From an uncultured Gemmatimonadaceae bacterium (GTDB lineage: Bacteria > Gemmatimonadota > Gemmatimonadetes > Gemmatimonadales > Gemmatimonadaceae), in the NCBI GenBank assembly GCA_963751275.1, contig CAVVTZ010000009.1:448001-512000 (forward strand): a stretch of 64,000 nucleotides of DNA. Direction: 5' to 3'. Below the pieces are notes generated by a model that was not told the DNA's origin, did not search any database, and worked only from the letters and a program-made list of their open reading frames with translations. The position numbers and the translations under genes are program-made. This document shows positions 21,265 to 33,195 of the stretch, piece after piece (positions within the stretch are counted from its first letter, which is position 1; every line of letters starts with the position of its first letter).

Positions 21265-22428
<1,164 letters not shown>

Positions 22429-22474
22429 CTACTCGCGACCGAGGCACTCGCGAACTGCGAGGCTGGCACCCCGG

Positions 22475-22604
22475 ACCCCGTCATTGGTCCCCCGAACTCC
22501 GTTCTTAGCAACTGAGGGGTGGTCACGGCTCGGGCGTTCCTAGCGACGCCCGAGCCGTGACCACCCCTCAGTTGCTAAGAACGGAGTTCGGGGGACCAAA
22601 TACG
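22475..22604. repeat. REPIN/MITE-like element, copy 2: perfect 54-bp inverted repeat with 8-nt loop
   Basis: 22484-22537 is the exact reverse complement of 22546-22599. Confidence 0.95.
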
Positions 22605-22634
22605 GAGTGTGGGTTGCGAGTCCCGCCGTCGAAG

Positions 22635-23684
22635 TTAGACGATCGCCATAGCGTCGCCGTACGAGTAGAACCGATAACCCTCGCTCAGCGCGGTGTCATA
22701 TGCCTGCATCGTGAGATCATAGCCGGCGAGCGCCGCGACGAGCATCAGCAGAGTAGAGCGGGGGAGATGGAAGTTCGTAAGCAGTTTGTCGACCACCCGG
22801 AATTCGTATCCGGGTCTGATGAACAGTCGAGTGTCTCCCGCCCCTGGCACGATGATCCGCCCCTCTGTCGCCGCGCTTTCCAGCACGCGCGCACTCGTCG
22901 TTCCGACCGCCCACACACTCCCGCCTGCCGCCCTCACCTCCGCGATCGTGCGCGCCGCGCGCTCGCTCACTTCGTACGGCTCCTCGTGCATCACGTGCTG
23001 CGCGGGATCCTCCACCTCCACCGGCTTGAACGTCCCCGCGCCCACGTGCAGCAGCACCTCCACGCGCCGCGCACCGCGCGCGTTCAGCCGCGCGAGCAGC
23101 TCCGGTGTGAAGTGCAGCCCCGCGGTGGGCGCCGCCACCGAGCCCCGCTCGCGTGCGTACACGGTCTGGTACCGCTCCGCATCCTCCGCGCTGTCGGGGC
23201 GCTCGATGTACGGCGGCAGCGGGATGTGCCCATGGCGCTCGATCGCCGCCTCCGCACCCTCTGCCGCATGCAGCCGCACGATGCGCGTGCGACGCTCAGT
23301 CAGCTCCAGGATCTCCACGTCGAATCCCGGCGCGATGTGCAGCCGCCGGCCCGGACGCAGCTTCCCGCCCGGCTGCACCATCGCCTCCCACCGGTCCGCA
23401 TCCAGCGCGCGCAGCAGCAGCACCTCGCCCGGCGCGCCCGAGTCGCGCGTCCCCAGCAGCCGCGCGCGCATCACGCGCGTGGTGTTCACGACGAGCGCAT
23501 CGCCGGGGGCGATCAATGCCTCGATGTCGCCGAACGCGCGGTGCGCGATCGTTCCGCTTGTCCGGTCGAGCACCATGAGCCGGCTCGCATCGCGGCGCGC
23601 CGCGGGCGCCTGCGCGATGCGGCCGGCCGGCAGTTCGAAATCGTAGTCCGCGCTGCGGAGCCCGCGCGCGTCGGCCGCGCTCAC
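22635..23684 (-). CDS. queA: SAM:tRNA ribosyltransferase-isomerase
   Basis: PLPPYI, AAPTAGLHF, VGTT, TNFHLP and YRFYSYGD. Confidence 0.97.
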   Translation of the reverse strand: MSAADARGLRSADYDFELPAGRIAQAPAARRDASRLMVLDRTSGTIAHRAFGDIEALIAPGDALVVNTTRVMRARLLGTRDSGAPGEVLLLRALDADRWEAMVQPGGKLRPGRRLHIAPGFDVEILELTERRTRIVRLHAAEGAEAAIERHGHIPLPPYIERPDSAEDAERYQTVYARERGSVAAPTAGLHFTPELLARLNARGARRVEVLLHVGAGTFKPVEVEDPAQHVMHEEPYEVSERAARTIAEVRAAGGSVWAVGTTSARVLESAATEGRIIVPGAGDTRLFIRPGYEFRVVDKLLTNFHLPRSTLLMLVAALAGYDLTMQAYDTALSEGYRFYSYGDAMAIV

Positions 23685-25888
23685 TCGACGACGGTGAGCG
23701 ACGACGTCCGCCGGGTGGTGGCGTTGGACACGAGATCGGTCACGTCCACGGTCACGGTGTAGCGGCCCGCCGGCGCGTCGCCCAGCTCGAGCGACACGTA
23801 GTCCACGTTCACGTCGCTCGCCGGCGTCTCACGCGGGAAGGTGAGCGACACCTTGTCCTCGCCGCTCGCCGAGAGGCCCACGGCGCTGGCCACGCCGCCC
23901 ACGATCTTCGCAACGAAGCTGCCGAACCCGCCCGCCCGGACGCGCTGCACGGTCACGGTCACGCTGTACCGGTCGTTGCCCTGCTGCGGCGTCAGGCCGT
24001 AGCTCTCCCAGAGCAGCGCGAAGGAATGGCCTTTCTTCACGAAGCCCAGGTTCGGCGCGATCAGGAAGTCCGACCACCGGGCCGCGCCCACCTTGCGCGG
24101 CGTCACCTGCTCGGCCACCAGCAGATCGCTCATGCCGAACCCCGATTCGCCCACCACCTCGATGCGGCTCGCCGCGCGCGCGCCGCGCCGCGCGTCGGGC
24201 TGCAGCGCTTCCACGCGGTACAGGAACGACCCGGCGTGCAGACGCGTGCGCCAGGCGCGCACCTCCACCGGTTCCACCTTGGCGAAGTCGATGCTCTCGT
24301 GCACATGGCGCACGAACACCGGCTTGCCGCGCCACGTGTACGCGCTGATCGACACGTCCAGCGCACCGCGCGCGAGATCGACGTCCTCGATCATGTGCGC
24401 CACCGGCAGCGCCGCCGCCACGAACACGTCGCCCGAATCGGGCCCGGCGCGGAACCGCACGAGCTGCACGGCGATCGAGTCCACCATGTTGCGCTCCCCC
24501 GCGTTCGTGAACACGACGGGGATCGTGTCGCGCAGACGCTCCAGTTCCCGTTGGTCCTCGGGCTCGAGGCGCGCGATGCCGTACGTCGGCAGCTGGCGGA
24601 AGAGGAACGCCTCATCCGCCGTGTACCACCAGAGCAGATGGAGCTGCGACTCTCCCTGGCGCGAGGGATCCGGCGGGAAGGAGATCACCGCGGGCGGCGG
24701 ACCGTATCGCACATACACCTCGCCCTCGTCGGTGTCCGCGCCGTGCACGTTGAACTCCTCCACCGAGAAGCGCAGCTCCGCGTATACCACGCGGCTTAGG
24801 AACTCGAGATGGCTCTCGTTGTCGGGCGTCGCCCAGAGCGGGTCCACCATCAGCCAGTACATCTCGGCGTCCGCCGCCTGGTCCGTCTTCGGGAGGCGCG
24901 ACTGGATCGCGGAGTCCTTGGGCGTGATGATCCGCGCGATCCGGTCGAAGCGCGCGTGCATCTCCGGCGTCATGTACTTGAGCGCCGAATCGAACGCGTC
25001 CGCGGCGCCGGGTGCGTCGTGCAGCCGGTGTGCGCTCATGCCGGCCGCCATCCAGCCCCACGGGTCCGCCGGATACTGGAGCAGCCGCAGCCGCGCGTTG
25101 TGCTGCACCTCCTGCCACCGTTTGCGATCCGCGAGCAGCATGAGCTCGTGCCGGAACGCGCGGCCATTGTGCGAGTCGTTCGCGAGCGCGGTCGCGAAGT
25201 ACTGCGCCGCGGTCAGGTACTCGACCTGTCCCGACCAGTCCTGCGCCGAGGCGCGGATCTCCTGATTGTCCACGAAGTAGGCGATGGACCGCGGATCCCG
25301 GAGGAAGTTGCGGTCCTTCACGTTCTTGATGATCGCGGTGTAGATCGTCCGGTCGGCCTGGTCCACGTACTTCCGCCACCAGACCAGTCCGACCTCATCC
25401 GCCGAGAAGGAGATCGCGAGGGAATCGCCCTTCTTGGTGGCGATCGTGAGCGCCTTTTCGAAGAGAGAGCGCGCGCGTCCGCGCACATTGGCCGAGTTCG
25501 AGGTGAGATCGAAGCGGCCGAGGTCCACGAGGTAGCGCGGCACATCCGGCGCGAGCGCGACCGCCTCGGTGAGCGAGGCTTCGGCGATCTCGAGCAGCGT
25601 GTCGTTCGCGACGCGCTTCATGTAGCCGATCCGGTCCTCGGCGTGCGCCATGTGCCACGCGAGGACGCCGCGCGCGTTCCACGCGGCGGCGTCCTGCTTG
25701 CTCTCGAGGACGGCGAGGTCGAGCGCCTTGCGCGCGCCCGTGCTGTCGCCCGCGCCGAGCAGCGAGTCCGCGCGCAACACCTGGTCCTGCTTCCCCTGTG
25801 CCGCGGCCGGCATCGGCGCGAACACAGTGATGGCGAGCATCGCGGCGCCGGTCCTGGCCGCCGCGGAGAAGCAGGGGATTGTGCCCAT
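23681..25888 (-). CDS. exported TPR-like plus GWxTD-domain protein
   Basis: Signal peptide and helical repeats; DPLWATPDNE and GADTDEGEVYVRYGPP. Confidence 0.75.
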   Translation of the reverse strand: MGTIPCFSAAARTGAAMLAITVFAPMPAAAQGKQDQVLRADSLLGAGDSTGARKALDLAVLESKQDAAAWNARGVLAWHMAHAEDRIGYMKRVANDTLLEIAEASLTEAVALAPDVPRYLVDLGRFDLTSNSANVRGRARSLFEKALTIATKKGDSLAISFSADEVGLVWWRKYVDQADRTIYTAIIKNVKDRNFLRDPRSIAYFVDNQEIRASAQDWSGQVEYLTAAQYFATALANDSHNGRAFRHELMLLADRKRWQEVQHNARLRLLQYPADPWGWMAAGMSAHRLHDAPGAADAFDSALKYMTPEMHARFDRIARIITPKDSAIQSRLPKTDQAADAEMYWLMVDPLWATPDNESHLEFLSRVVYAELRFSVEEFNVHGADTDEGEVYVRYGPPPAVISFPPDPSRQGESQLHLLWWYTADEAFLFRQLPTYGIARLEPEDQRELERLRDTIPVVFTNAGERNMVDSIAVQLVRFRAGPDSGDVFVAAALPVAHMIEDVDLARGALDVSISAYTWRGKPVFVRHVHESIDFAKVEPVEVRAWRTRLHAGSFLYRVEALQPDARRGARAASRIEVVGESGFGMSDLLVAEQVTPRKVGAARWSDFLIAPNLGFVKKGHSFALLWESYGLTPQQGNDRYSVTVTVQRVRAGGFGSFVAKIVGGVASAVGLSASGEDKVSLTFPRETPASDVNVDYVSLELGDAPAGRYTVTVDVTDLVSNATTRRTSSLTVVE

Positions 25889-25948
25889 GTCGTATCAATT
25901 GCCCTACGGGACGCGCACTGTCAAGCGAACGTGGACGTACTCAGAACG

Positions 25949-26980
25949 CTATAAGAGGCGCGTTTGTTCCGGGTCGCCGGGGCGTGGAACTTCGTAGCCG
26001 AAGTGACGGTAAGCCTGGGGCGTCGCCATGCGCCCGCGCGGGGTGCGCTGCAGGAATCCATTCTGCACGAGGAAGGGCTCATACACCTCCTCGATCGTGT
26101 TCGCGTCCTCGCCCACCGCCGCGGCGATCGTGTTGATCCCCACCGGCCCGCCGTCGAACTTCTCGATCAGGAGACGCAGGACGCGCGCGTCCATGTCGTC
26201 GAGCCCGAACTCATCGACTTCGAGCATCTCGAGGGCGGCCTGCGCCACGGCGTGCGTGATCCGGCCGTCGGACTTCACCTGGGCGTAGTCGCGCACGCGG
26301 CGCAGCAGCCGGTTCGCCACCCGCGGCGTGCCGCGCGCGCGCCGCGCCAGTTCCAGCGTGCCGCCCTTCTCGACCTCGACGCCGATCACGTCGGCCGACC
26401 GCGAGACGATCTGCTCGAGATCCTCAACGGGGTAGTAGTTGAGCCGCTGCACGATCCCGAAGCGCGCGCGCATCGGCGGCGTGAGCTGGCCGAATCGCGT
26501 CGTGGCGCCGATGAGCGTGAACTTCTCGATCGGCATCGTCACCGTCTGCGCCTTGGGCCCATCGGAGAGGCGGATGTCGATCCTGTAATCCTCCATCGCG
26601 GGATAGAGGAACTCCTCGATGATCGGACGCAGGCGGTGGATCTCGTCGATGAAGAGGATGTCCCCTTCGCGGAGGTTCGTGAGCGTGCTCACGAGATCGC
26701 CGGGCTTCTCGAGCGCGGGCCCCGACGTCGCGCGGATGTTCACCCCCATCTCGCGCGCGATGAGTTCCGCGAGCGTCGTCTTGCCGAGTCCGGGCGGACC
26801 GTAGAAGAGCACGTGGTCCAGCGGCTCTTTCCGCGCTTTCGCCGCGTCGATATAGATCCGCAGCGCGTCCTTCACCTTCCCCTGTCCGATGAACTCCGCG
26901 AGCCGCTGCGGCCGCAGCGACAGCTCCACGACGGTCTCCTCGGGGATCGCCTCGGGGGTCGTTATCTCGGCGCGGGTCAT
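25949..26980 (-). CDS. ruvB: Holliday junction helicase RuvB
   Basis: [25 protein letters not shown] and RTPRGR. Confidence 0.98.
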   Translation of the reverse strand: MTRAEITTPEAIPEETVVELSLRPQRLAEFIGQGKVKDALRIYIDAAKARKEPLDHVLFYGPPGLGKTTLAELIAREMGVNIRATSGPALEKPGDLVSTLTNLREGDILFIDEIHRLRPIIEEFLYPAMEDYRIDIRLSDGPKAQTVTMPIEKFTLIGATTRFGQLTPPMRARFGIVQRLNYYPVEDLEQIVSRSADVIGVEVEKGGTLELARRARGTPRVANRLLRRVRDYAQVKSDGRITHAVAQAALEMLEVDEFGLDDMDARVLRLLIEKFDGGPVGINTIAAAVGEDANTIEEVYEPFLVQNGFLQRTPRGRMATPQAYRHFGYEVPRPGDPEQTRLL

Positions 26981-26993
26981 GCGCAAAGGCTCG

Positions 26994-27094
26994 AGAAAGG
27001 GAAACGGGAAACGGGAAACGAGCCCGGAGTCACGGATCGCGGCGCATTTCTACTCACCACACGCTCCCGTATTCCGTTTCCCGTTTCCCATTCT
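26994..27094. repeat. inverted pair of GGGAAAC heptamer arrays
   Basis: agaaagggaaacgggaaacgggaaacgag / ctcccgtattccgtttcccgtttcccattct. Confidence 0.85.
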
Positions 27095-27109
27095 GGTTGC
27101 CGTTGCAGT

Positions 27110-28264
27110 CTAGACGTGCTGCCGCACGTTCGCCAGCCGCTCCGCCGCTTTCTCGAGCGTCGCGAGCTGCTTACAGAACGCGAACCGCACAATGGTCTTC
27201 CCGCCGCCAGCGTGATAGAAACTCGAACCGGGAACGGTCGCCACCCCGATCTCCTTCGTCATCCAGTGCGCGAACTTCGTGTCATCCAGATCGCTCATCG
27301 CCGAGAAGTCGGCCATGATGTAGTACGCGCCTTCGGGCACGCTGAAGGCGAAGCCGGCCTCGGTGAGCCCCCTCACCATCACGTCGCGCCGCGTGCGGTA
27401 CTCGAGCCCCATCTGGTTGTAGTACTCGGCGTCGAACGCCATCCCCACCGCCGCCGCCTGCTGCAGCGGCGCGGGCGCCCCCACCGTCAGGAAGTCGTGC
27501 ACCTTCCGGATGGCCACGCTCTCCTTGGCCGGCGCGATCGCGTAGCCGAGGCGCCAGCCCGTGCACGCGAACGTCTTCGAGTGGCCGGAGATCGTCACCG
27601 TGCGCTCCGCCATCCCGGGCCACGTCGCCAGCACGTGATGCTCGCCCGCATAGCGAATGTGCTCATAGATCTCGTCGGTGAACGCCCACAGGTCGTGCTC
27701 GATGCACAGCGCCGCGATCGCATCCATCTCGGCGCGCGTGAACACGCGTCCCGTCGGATTGTGCGGCGTGTTGACGACGATGGCCTTGGTCTTCTTCGTC
27801 ACCGCCTTGCGCAGCCGGTCGAGGTCGAGCGTCCAGTTCGGCGGCTCGAGCGGCACGAACACCGGCTTCGCTTCGGCCAGGATCGCGTCGGGGCCGTAGT
27901 TCTCGTACCACGGCTCGAAGATGATCACCTCATCGCCGGGGTCGATCATCGCGAGGAATACGGCCGCCATCGCCTCGGTGGCACCGCACGTCACCGTCAC
28001 ATGCCTGTCGGGATCCACCGGCATGTTGTACCAGCGGCGGTACTTCTCGGCGATCGCGAGTCGCAGCGGCGCCGCGCCCCACGTCACGGCGTATTGGTTG
28101 ATGTCCCCCTGGATCGCGGCGCACGCGGCGTCCTTCATCGCCTGCGGCATTGGGAAATCGGGGAACCCCTGCGCGAGGTTGAGCGCGCCATGCTCGGTGG
28201 CGACCCGCGTCATCTCGCGGATCACGCTCTCGGTGAATGTGTGCGTGCGGCGGGCAGTGCTCAC
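27110..28264 (-). CDS. PLP-dependent class I/II aminotransferase
   Basis: NLAQGFPD, NTPHNPTG, DEIY and SKTFACTGWRLG. Confidence 0.93.
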   Translation of the reverse strand: MSTARRTHTFTESVIREMTRVATEHGALNLAQGFPDFPMPQAMKDAACAAIQGDINQYAVTWGAAPLRLAIAEKYRRWYNMPVDPDRHVTVTCGATEAMAAVFLAMIDPGDEVIIFEPWYENYGPDAILAEAKPVFVPLEPPNWTLDLDRLRKAVTKKTKAIVVNTPHNPTGRVFTRAEMDAIAALCIEHDLWAFTDEIYEHIRYAGEHHVLATWPGMAERTVTISGHSKTFACTGWRLGYAIAPAKESVAIRKVHDFLTVGAPAPLQQAAAVGMAFDAEYYNQMGLEYRTRRDVMVRGLTEAGFAFSVPEGAYYIMADFSAMSDLDDTKFAHWMTKEIGVATVPGSSFYHAGGGKTIVRFAFCKQLATLEKAAERLANVRQHV

Positions 28265-28869
28265 TTGCGACCTCCCACTCGGGTGAGTGCGGCGCGGATC
28301 AATTCGGTGGCCGACGACGGGCGGCCATTCGCGTCCAGCGCGGCGCGCACGGCCTTCTCGGCGTCTGCTGCATTGTAGCCCAATGACACCAGCGCGCGCA
28401 CGGCATCTTCGGCGTTCGCCCCCTCGGCGCGCGGCGCGCCGGGTTCGCGCGCGGTGGGGCTCAGGTCATCCAGTTTGTCGCCGAGCTCCAGCATGATGCG
28501 CTCCGCCATCTTCTGCCCGACGCGCGGCACGCCCTGCAGCGTGGCGCGGTCCTTTTCGCGGATCGCGCGCACCACGCGCTCCGCGCTGAGCGCCGAGAGC
28601 ATCCCGAGCGCGAGCGCGGGGCCCACGCCGCTCGCGCCGATCAGCTTCTGGAACACCTTCTTCTCGAACGCGGTGGCGAAGCCCACGAGGAGCAGCGCGT
28701 CGTCCCGCACCACGAGATGCGTGTGGAGCTGCACTGGCTCGCCCACCTTCGGCAGCGTCTCATACACGCCGAGGGGGATGAGCAGTTCGTAGGCGACGCC
28801 GCCGCCGGTGAGGATCTCCACGCGGTCCAGTTCTTTCGAAGCGAGCGTACCCTTGAGCTGGGAGATCAT
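28261..28869 (-). CDS. ruvA: Holliday junction protein RuvA
   Basis: GGVAYEL; HhH motifs SGVGPALA and VPRVGQKMAER; ALVSLGY. Confidence 0.95.
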   Translation of the reverse strand: MISQLKGTLASKELDRVEILTGGGVAYELLIPLGVYETLPKVGEPVQLHTHLVVRDDALLLVGFATAFEKKVFQKLIGASGVGPALALGMLSALSAERVVRAIREKDRATLQGVPRVGQKMAERIMLELGDKLDDLSPTAREPGAPRAEGANAEDAVRALVSLGYNAADAEKAVRAALDANGRPSSATELIRAALTRVGGRK

Positions 28870-29390
28870 GCGCGGCGCGCGCGCGGCGCGGGGCGGCTCT
28901 CCGCCACGATGCGCGGCAGGTGCGCGCCCATGAGATGCGCGAGCGCGGCCGCCACGCCATCGGATGCATCGACGGGCTCCGGCGCGCGCGTGAGGCGCAG
29001 CAGCTGCGTCACCATGAATTGCACCTGCACCTTCGTGGCGCCGCCATTGCCGCACACCGACTTCTTCACCGCCGCCGGCGCGTACTCGTGCACCGGGATC
29101 CCGGCCTGCTCGGCCGCGAGCAGCGCGACGCCGCGCGCGTGGCCGAGCACCACCGTCGTGCGCACGTTCTTCGCGTAGAATACGTCTTCGATGGCGAGCG
29201 CGTGCGGATGGTGCCGCGCGATGAGTTCAGTGATCGCTTCGTGGATGCCGAGCAGGCGGGCGGGCAGGGGATCGCGCGCCGGCGTGCGGATCACGCCGCA
29301 CTCGATGAGACGCGGGGCGCCATGCGGCTCGCCCGCTACGACGCCGTAGCCGGTGATCGCGGTGCCGGGGTCGATCCCGAGCACGATCAC
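28866..29390 (-). CDS. ruvC: crossover junction endodeoxyribonuclease RuvC
   Basis: LGIDPG, GYGVV, LGHARG and DASDGVA. Confidence 0.96.
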   Translation of the reverse strand: MIVLGIDPGTAITGYGVVAGEPHGAPRLIECGVIRTPARDPLPARLLGIHEAITELIARHHPHALAIEDVFYAKNVRTTVVLGHARGVALLAAEQAGIPVHEYAPAAVKKSVCGNGGATKVQVQFMVTQLLRLTRAPEPVDASDGVAAALAHLMGAHLPRIVAESRPAPRARRA

Positions 29391-29400
29391 GGGTGGCGGC

Positions 29401-30144
29401 TCACGCCTTGGCCATCTCAGCCAAGTCGATGTCGAAGTTCGATTCCACTTTCTGCACGTCGTCCAAGTCTTCGAGTTCTTCCATCAGCTTGAGCACGGCC
29501 TCGGCGTTCTTGCCTTCGACCCTCACCGTGTTCTTGGGGATCATCGTGATCTCGGCTTCCTGGATCGCGATCTTCTTCGCCTCGAGCGCCGTGCGCACCG
29601 CGTGCACTGCCGTAGGATCCGTCGTGATCACGTGCTGTCCGTCGGCGGTGACGACATCCTCGGCGCCCCCCTCGAGCGCGGCTTCCATCACGACGTCCTC
29701 CGGATACTTCGACGCGTCCACGTAGATCTGCCCTTTGCGGTCGAACATCCACGCCACCGAGTTCGTCGCGCCGAAATTGCCGCCGAAGTGCGTGAGCGCG
29801 AAGCGGACCTCGGCCACCGTGCGCGTGGGGTTGTCCGTGAGCGCGTGCACGAGCAGCGCGACGCCGCCGGGACCGTAGCCCTCGTACATCACCTCGACGT
29901 ATTCGACGCCCTCGAGCTCGCCGGTGCCCTTCTTCACCGCGCGCTCGATGTTCTCCTTGGGCATCGAAGACGCCTTCGCGGCCTCGATCGCCACGCGCAG
30001 CCGCGGATTGCCCGACGGATCACCGCCGCCGGCCTTCGCCGCGACGGTGATCTCGCGGATGAGCTTCGTGAACATGGCGCCACGTTTCTTGTCCGTGGCG
30101 GCCTTGTAGTGTTTGATCTGCTTCCATTTGCTGTGACCGGCCAT
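29401..30144 (-). CDS. yebC: YebC/PmpR family protein
   Basis: MAGHSKW, YEGYGPGG and TDNPTRT. Confidence 0.96.
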   Translation of the reverse strand: MAGHSKWKQIKHYKAATDKKRGAMFTKLIREITVAAKAGGGDPSGNPRLRVAIEAAKASSMPKENIERAVKKGTGELEGVEYVEVMYEGYGPGGVALLVHALTDNPTRTVAEVRFALTHFGGNFGATNSVAWMFDRKGQIYVDASKYPEDVVMEAALEGGAEDVVTADGQHVITTDPTAVHAVRTALEAKKIAIQEAEITMIPKNTVRVEGKNAEAVLKLMEELEDLDDVQKVESNFDIDLAEMAKA

Positions 30145-30335
30145 GCGACGGCTCCGAGCGGTGCGAGTGACTCTTGCTGACGCTACAAGGATAAAGCGCG
30201 CGAGGCGCGGGGAGAAGATGACACCGCGCCGCCGCGTCGCTTGCCCCCGCTTGGCGCGCGCCGTATCGTCTCCCGCTGCGATCGATCACAACGTCGAGAG
30301 AACCGGGAGGCCGTTCCGTGCTGCAGTCCCACGCG

Positions 30336-31518
30336 ATGATGAAATGGAGCGAGCGAGTCAGCGCCGCAGTGATGCTCGTTGCGGCGCTCGCCGCGTGCTC
30401 GGCCGGCGACCGGCTGCCGGCTCCGCCGGCCGAGTTGCAGGACCAGGCTGATGTGGTCGGCATGCCGGGCGTGCGAGCGTCGGGCAGCACCGCCGTGCTC
30501 GAGCAGGATTTCCTGGACGGCATCCAGCGCGAGCAATGCGCTGAAGGCGGCCGGTCACACGGGCCCGCTCCCGACGGCCAATTTCCTTGCATTGTCGGGA
30601 GGCGGCGACAAAGGCGCCTTCGGCGCCGGGATCCTCGTGGGGTGGACCAAGGCCGGCACCCGCCCCGAATTCAAACTGGTCACCGGCGTCAGCACCGGCG
30701 CGCTCATCGCGCCGTTCGCCTTCCTGGGGCCGAAGTATGACTCCCAGCTGACGGCCGTCTTCACGAACGTCTCGAGCAAGGACATCCTGAACAAGCGCAC
30801 GCCGCTCGCGGCGATCATGGACGATGCCATGGCGGACAACGCACCACTGTGGGCGCTGACGGAGAAGTACGTGAACGATGCGATGCTCAAGGACATCGCG
30901 GCGGAGTACCAGAAGGGCCGGTTCCTGCTCATTGGCACGGCCGACCTCGACAACATGCGCCCGGTGGTCTGGAACATCGGGAAGATCGCGGCCAGCGGGA
31001 ACCCCAACGCCCTGCATCTCATCCAGAGCATCATGATCGCCTCGGCGGCCATCCCCGGCGCGTTCCCGCCCGTGCTCATCAATGTCGAAGCCGGCGGCAA
31101 GCACTACCAGGAGATGCACGTGGACGGCGGCACGGTCGCGCAGGTGTTCGTGTACCCGGTATCGATCAAGCTCAACCAGGCGGCTAAGGCGGCCGGTGTC
31201 GAGCGCGAACGGCGGATGTACATCATTCGCAACGCGCGGCTCGACCCCGACTGGGCTCAGGTGGAGCGGAAGTTGTATACGATCGCGGGCCGGTCGATCG
31301 CATCGCTCATCCAGATGCAGGGCCGCGGCGATCTCTTCCGCATCCACAGCGTCGCGCTGCGTGATGGCGTGGACTTCAACCTCGCCTACATTCCGGCGAC
31401 GTTCGACGCCCCGCACCCGGACGATTTCGACACGGGCTTCATGCGGGCGCTCTACAAATACGGCTACGACCAGGCGGTGGCCGGCTATCCGTGGGCCAAG
31501 GCGCCGCCGGGCTACTGA
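30336..31518 (+). CDS. patatin-like phospholipase lipoprotein; frameshift near 30500-30540
   Basis: Lipobox LAAC; SGGGDKG, GVSTG and DGG motifs. Confidence 0.88.
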
Positions 31519-32984
31519 AAGAGGAAGCCCGTCATCCGCTCGCTCACGTAGGGGAAGAACGGGTTGAATCGCAGCCGCACCAGCGCGTTGGGCGGGATCG
31601 CGAGCAGCCGCTGCTCCCCGAGCAATTCGATCCGGCCCAGGTAGAGCGAGCCGCGCTTCGCGGGGGGCGTCGCGCCATAGAGCGGATCCTCCGGCGCGAT
31701 CGGAAGCGCCAAATGCGACAGCGAGAAGATCCCCGCGGGCCACACGAGCTCCGTCGGCTCGACACGCACCGAGGTATCACCGGCGGCACGCCGCAGTGCG
31801 ACGAGCGCGAGGCTCGCGGTATCCTTGTTCGTCACGAGCGTGACGCCGAAGGTCCATGGCTTACCGTGGAGCAGACGCTCCGCCGGATCGCGGCTGCCGG
31901 GGCGGAACAGCGTCTCGGCATCGGCGAACCGGTTGACGTCGAACGCCACGAGCTCGTGTCCTTCGTTGGCCAGATGCGACAGGAACACGGTGACCACCGC
32001 CGAGGGCGACACCGTCGCATCCGCCACCGACTGGAAGACGAGTGTGCGCGGGAATCCGCGCACCGGCCCCTGCGCTGACAGGCGTGAGAGCCGCGCCTCG
32101 ATCTCCTGCGTGAGCTCATAGATCTGCTGTCCTGCGTTTACGGGGAACGACGCGTACTTGTACGGATCGTACTCGGGCGCGACGTCGAGCCAGGCGAGCT
32201 TGCCGAGTCCCGGCAGCGCCGAGAGCCGCGACTGCCACTTCGCGAGGAAGGCGAGCTTGTCGACGCCGATCGCCGGCGAGAGCAGCACGAGGCCATCCAC
32301 GCGCGGCAGGTCCGCGCCCTCGAGCCGCGCGAGCGCGTACTCCACCGAGAGTGCGGCGCCGGTGGAGAATCCCACGAGGTAGAGCGGCGCGCTCGCGCCG
32401 ATCTTCTTCCGCACGTCACGCACCGCCATGCGTACTGCCGCGTCCCAATCCTGCCATCGCACGTTCTTGAGGGCCGCCGGCGCCGTGCCGTGCCCGGGCA
32501 GCCGCAGCCCAACCACCCAGCAGCCGCGATCGTGCAAGCGGTCGCCGAGCGCGAGCAGGACGCGCGGCGAGTCGGTGAGTCCGTGCACCAGCACCGCCCC
32601 GCAGCGCGGCTTGTCGATCGTGAGTTCGTACGTGCGGTTGCCATTCTCGGCGTACGACGTGGGATCCGACAGACTGCCGAGCGAGTAGCGGTTGAGCGTT
32701 CGCCGGTCGGTCTCCGCAATGCGATCGTACACGTCGTGACGCAGTTCGCCGAACAGCCGCCCCTCGAGCGCGCGATACGCGTCGAGATCGCCCACGCGCG
32801 TGCTGTCAGCGGCCGTGAATTCCTCGTCGAGCTGCGCCGTGTGCCACGGCTTGAGATCGGGAACGCGATGCACACCGAGCCACAGCGTGCCGGCGAAGAG
32901 CATGACGATCGCACCGACGACGCCATAGGCAAGGAGCCGCAGCAGATGCGTCGCGAACGAGCGGATGACTTGTCGGCTGGCCAT
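31512..32984 (-). CDS. membrane-anchored alpha/beta hydrolase
   Basis: VHGLTDSP, RLPGHG and GFSTG nucleophile motif. Confidence 0.88.
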   Translation of the reverse strand: MASRQVIRSFATHLLRLLAYGVVGAIVMLFAGTLWLGVHRVPDLKPWHTAQLDEEFTAADSTRVGDLDAYRALEGRLFGELRHDVYDRIAETDRRTLNRYSLGSLSDPTSYAENGNRTYELTIDKPRCGAVLVHGLTDSPRVLLALGDRLHDRGCWVVGLRLPGHGTAPAALKNVRWQDWDAAVRMAVRDVRKKIGASAPLYLVGFSTGAALSVEYALARLEGADLPRVDGLVLLSPAIGVDKLAFLAKWQSRLSALPGLGKLAWLDVAPEYDPYKYASFPVNAGQQIYELTQEIEARLSRLSAQGPVRGFPRTLVFQSVADATVSPSAVVTVFLSHLANEGHELVAFDVNRFADAETLFRPGSRDPAERLLHGKPWTFGVTLVTNKDTASLALVALRRAAGDTSVRVEPTELVWPAGIFSLSHLALPIAPEDPLYGATPPAKRGSLYLGRIELLGEQRLLAIPPNALVRLRFNPFFPYVSERMTGFLFQ

Positions 32985-33040
32985 GGGGCCGGAATATGCG
33001 CTGAAAGTTCAGCGCGCGCGATTCGCGCGGCGCGAGGGCA

Positions 33041-33135
33041 CCATCATGTCCATCATGTTCATCCTGTCAAAGCAGTTCGAGATCCTGATCCGGAACGACA
33101 CTACTTGAACAGGATGAACACGATGAACAAGATGG
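33041..33135. repeat. inverted pair of 9-mer arrays (CATCNTGTY x3 per arm)
   Basis: ccatcatgtccatcatgttcatcctgtcaa / ttgaacaggatgaacacgatgaacaagatgg. Confidence 0.85.
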
Positions 33136-33195
33136 AAGTGCGATCGCGAGCCGGAGGTAGTTCGAAGGTCGTACCATACGCCAACAACTAGACGC

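Noticed and set aside
25964..28378. Long antisense or alternative-frame ORFs (this 804-aa one and many others)
   Set aside because: Arg/Ala/Gly-rich shadows of real genes, expected at this GC content, with no motifs.
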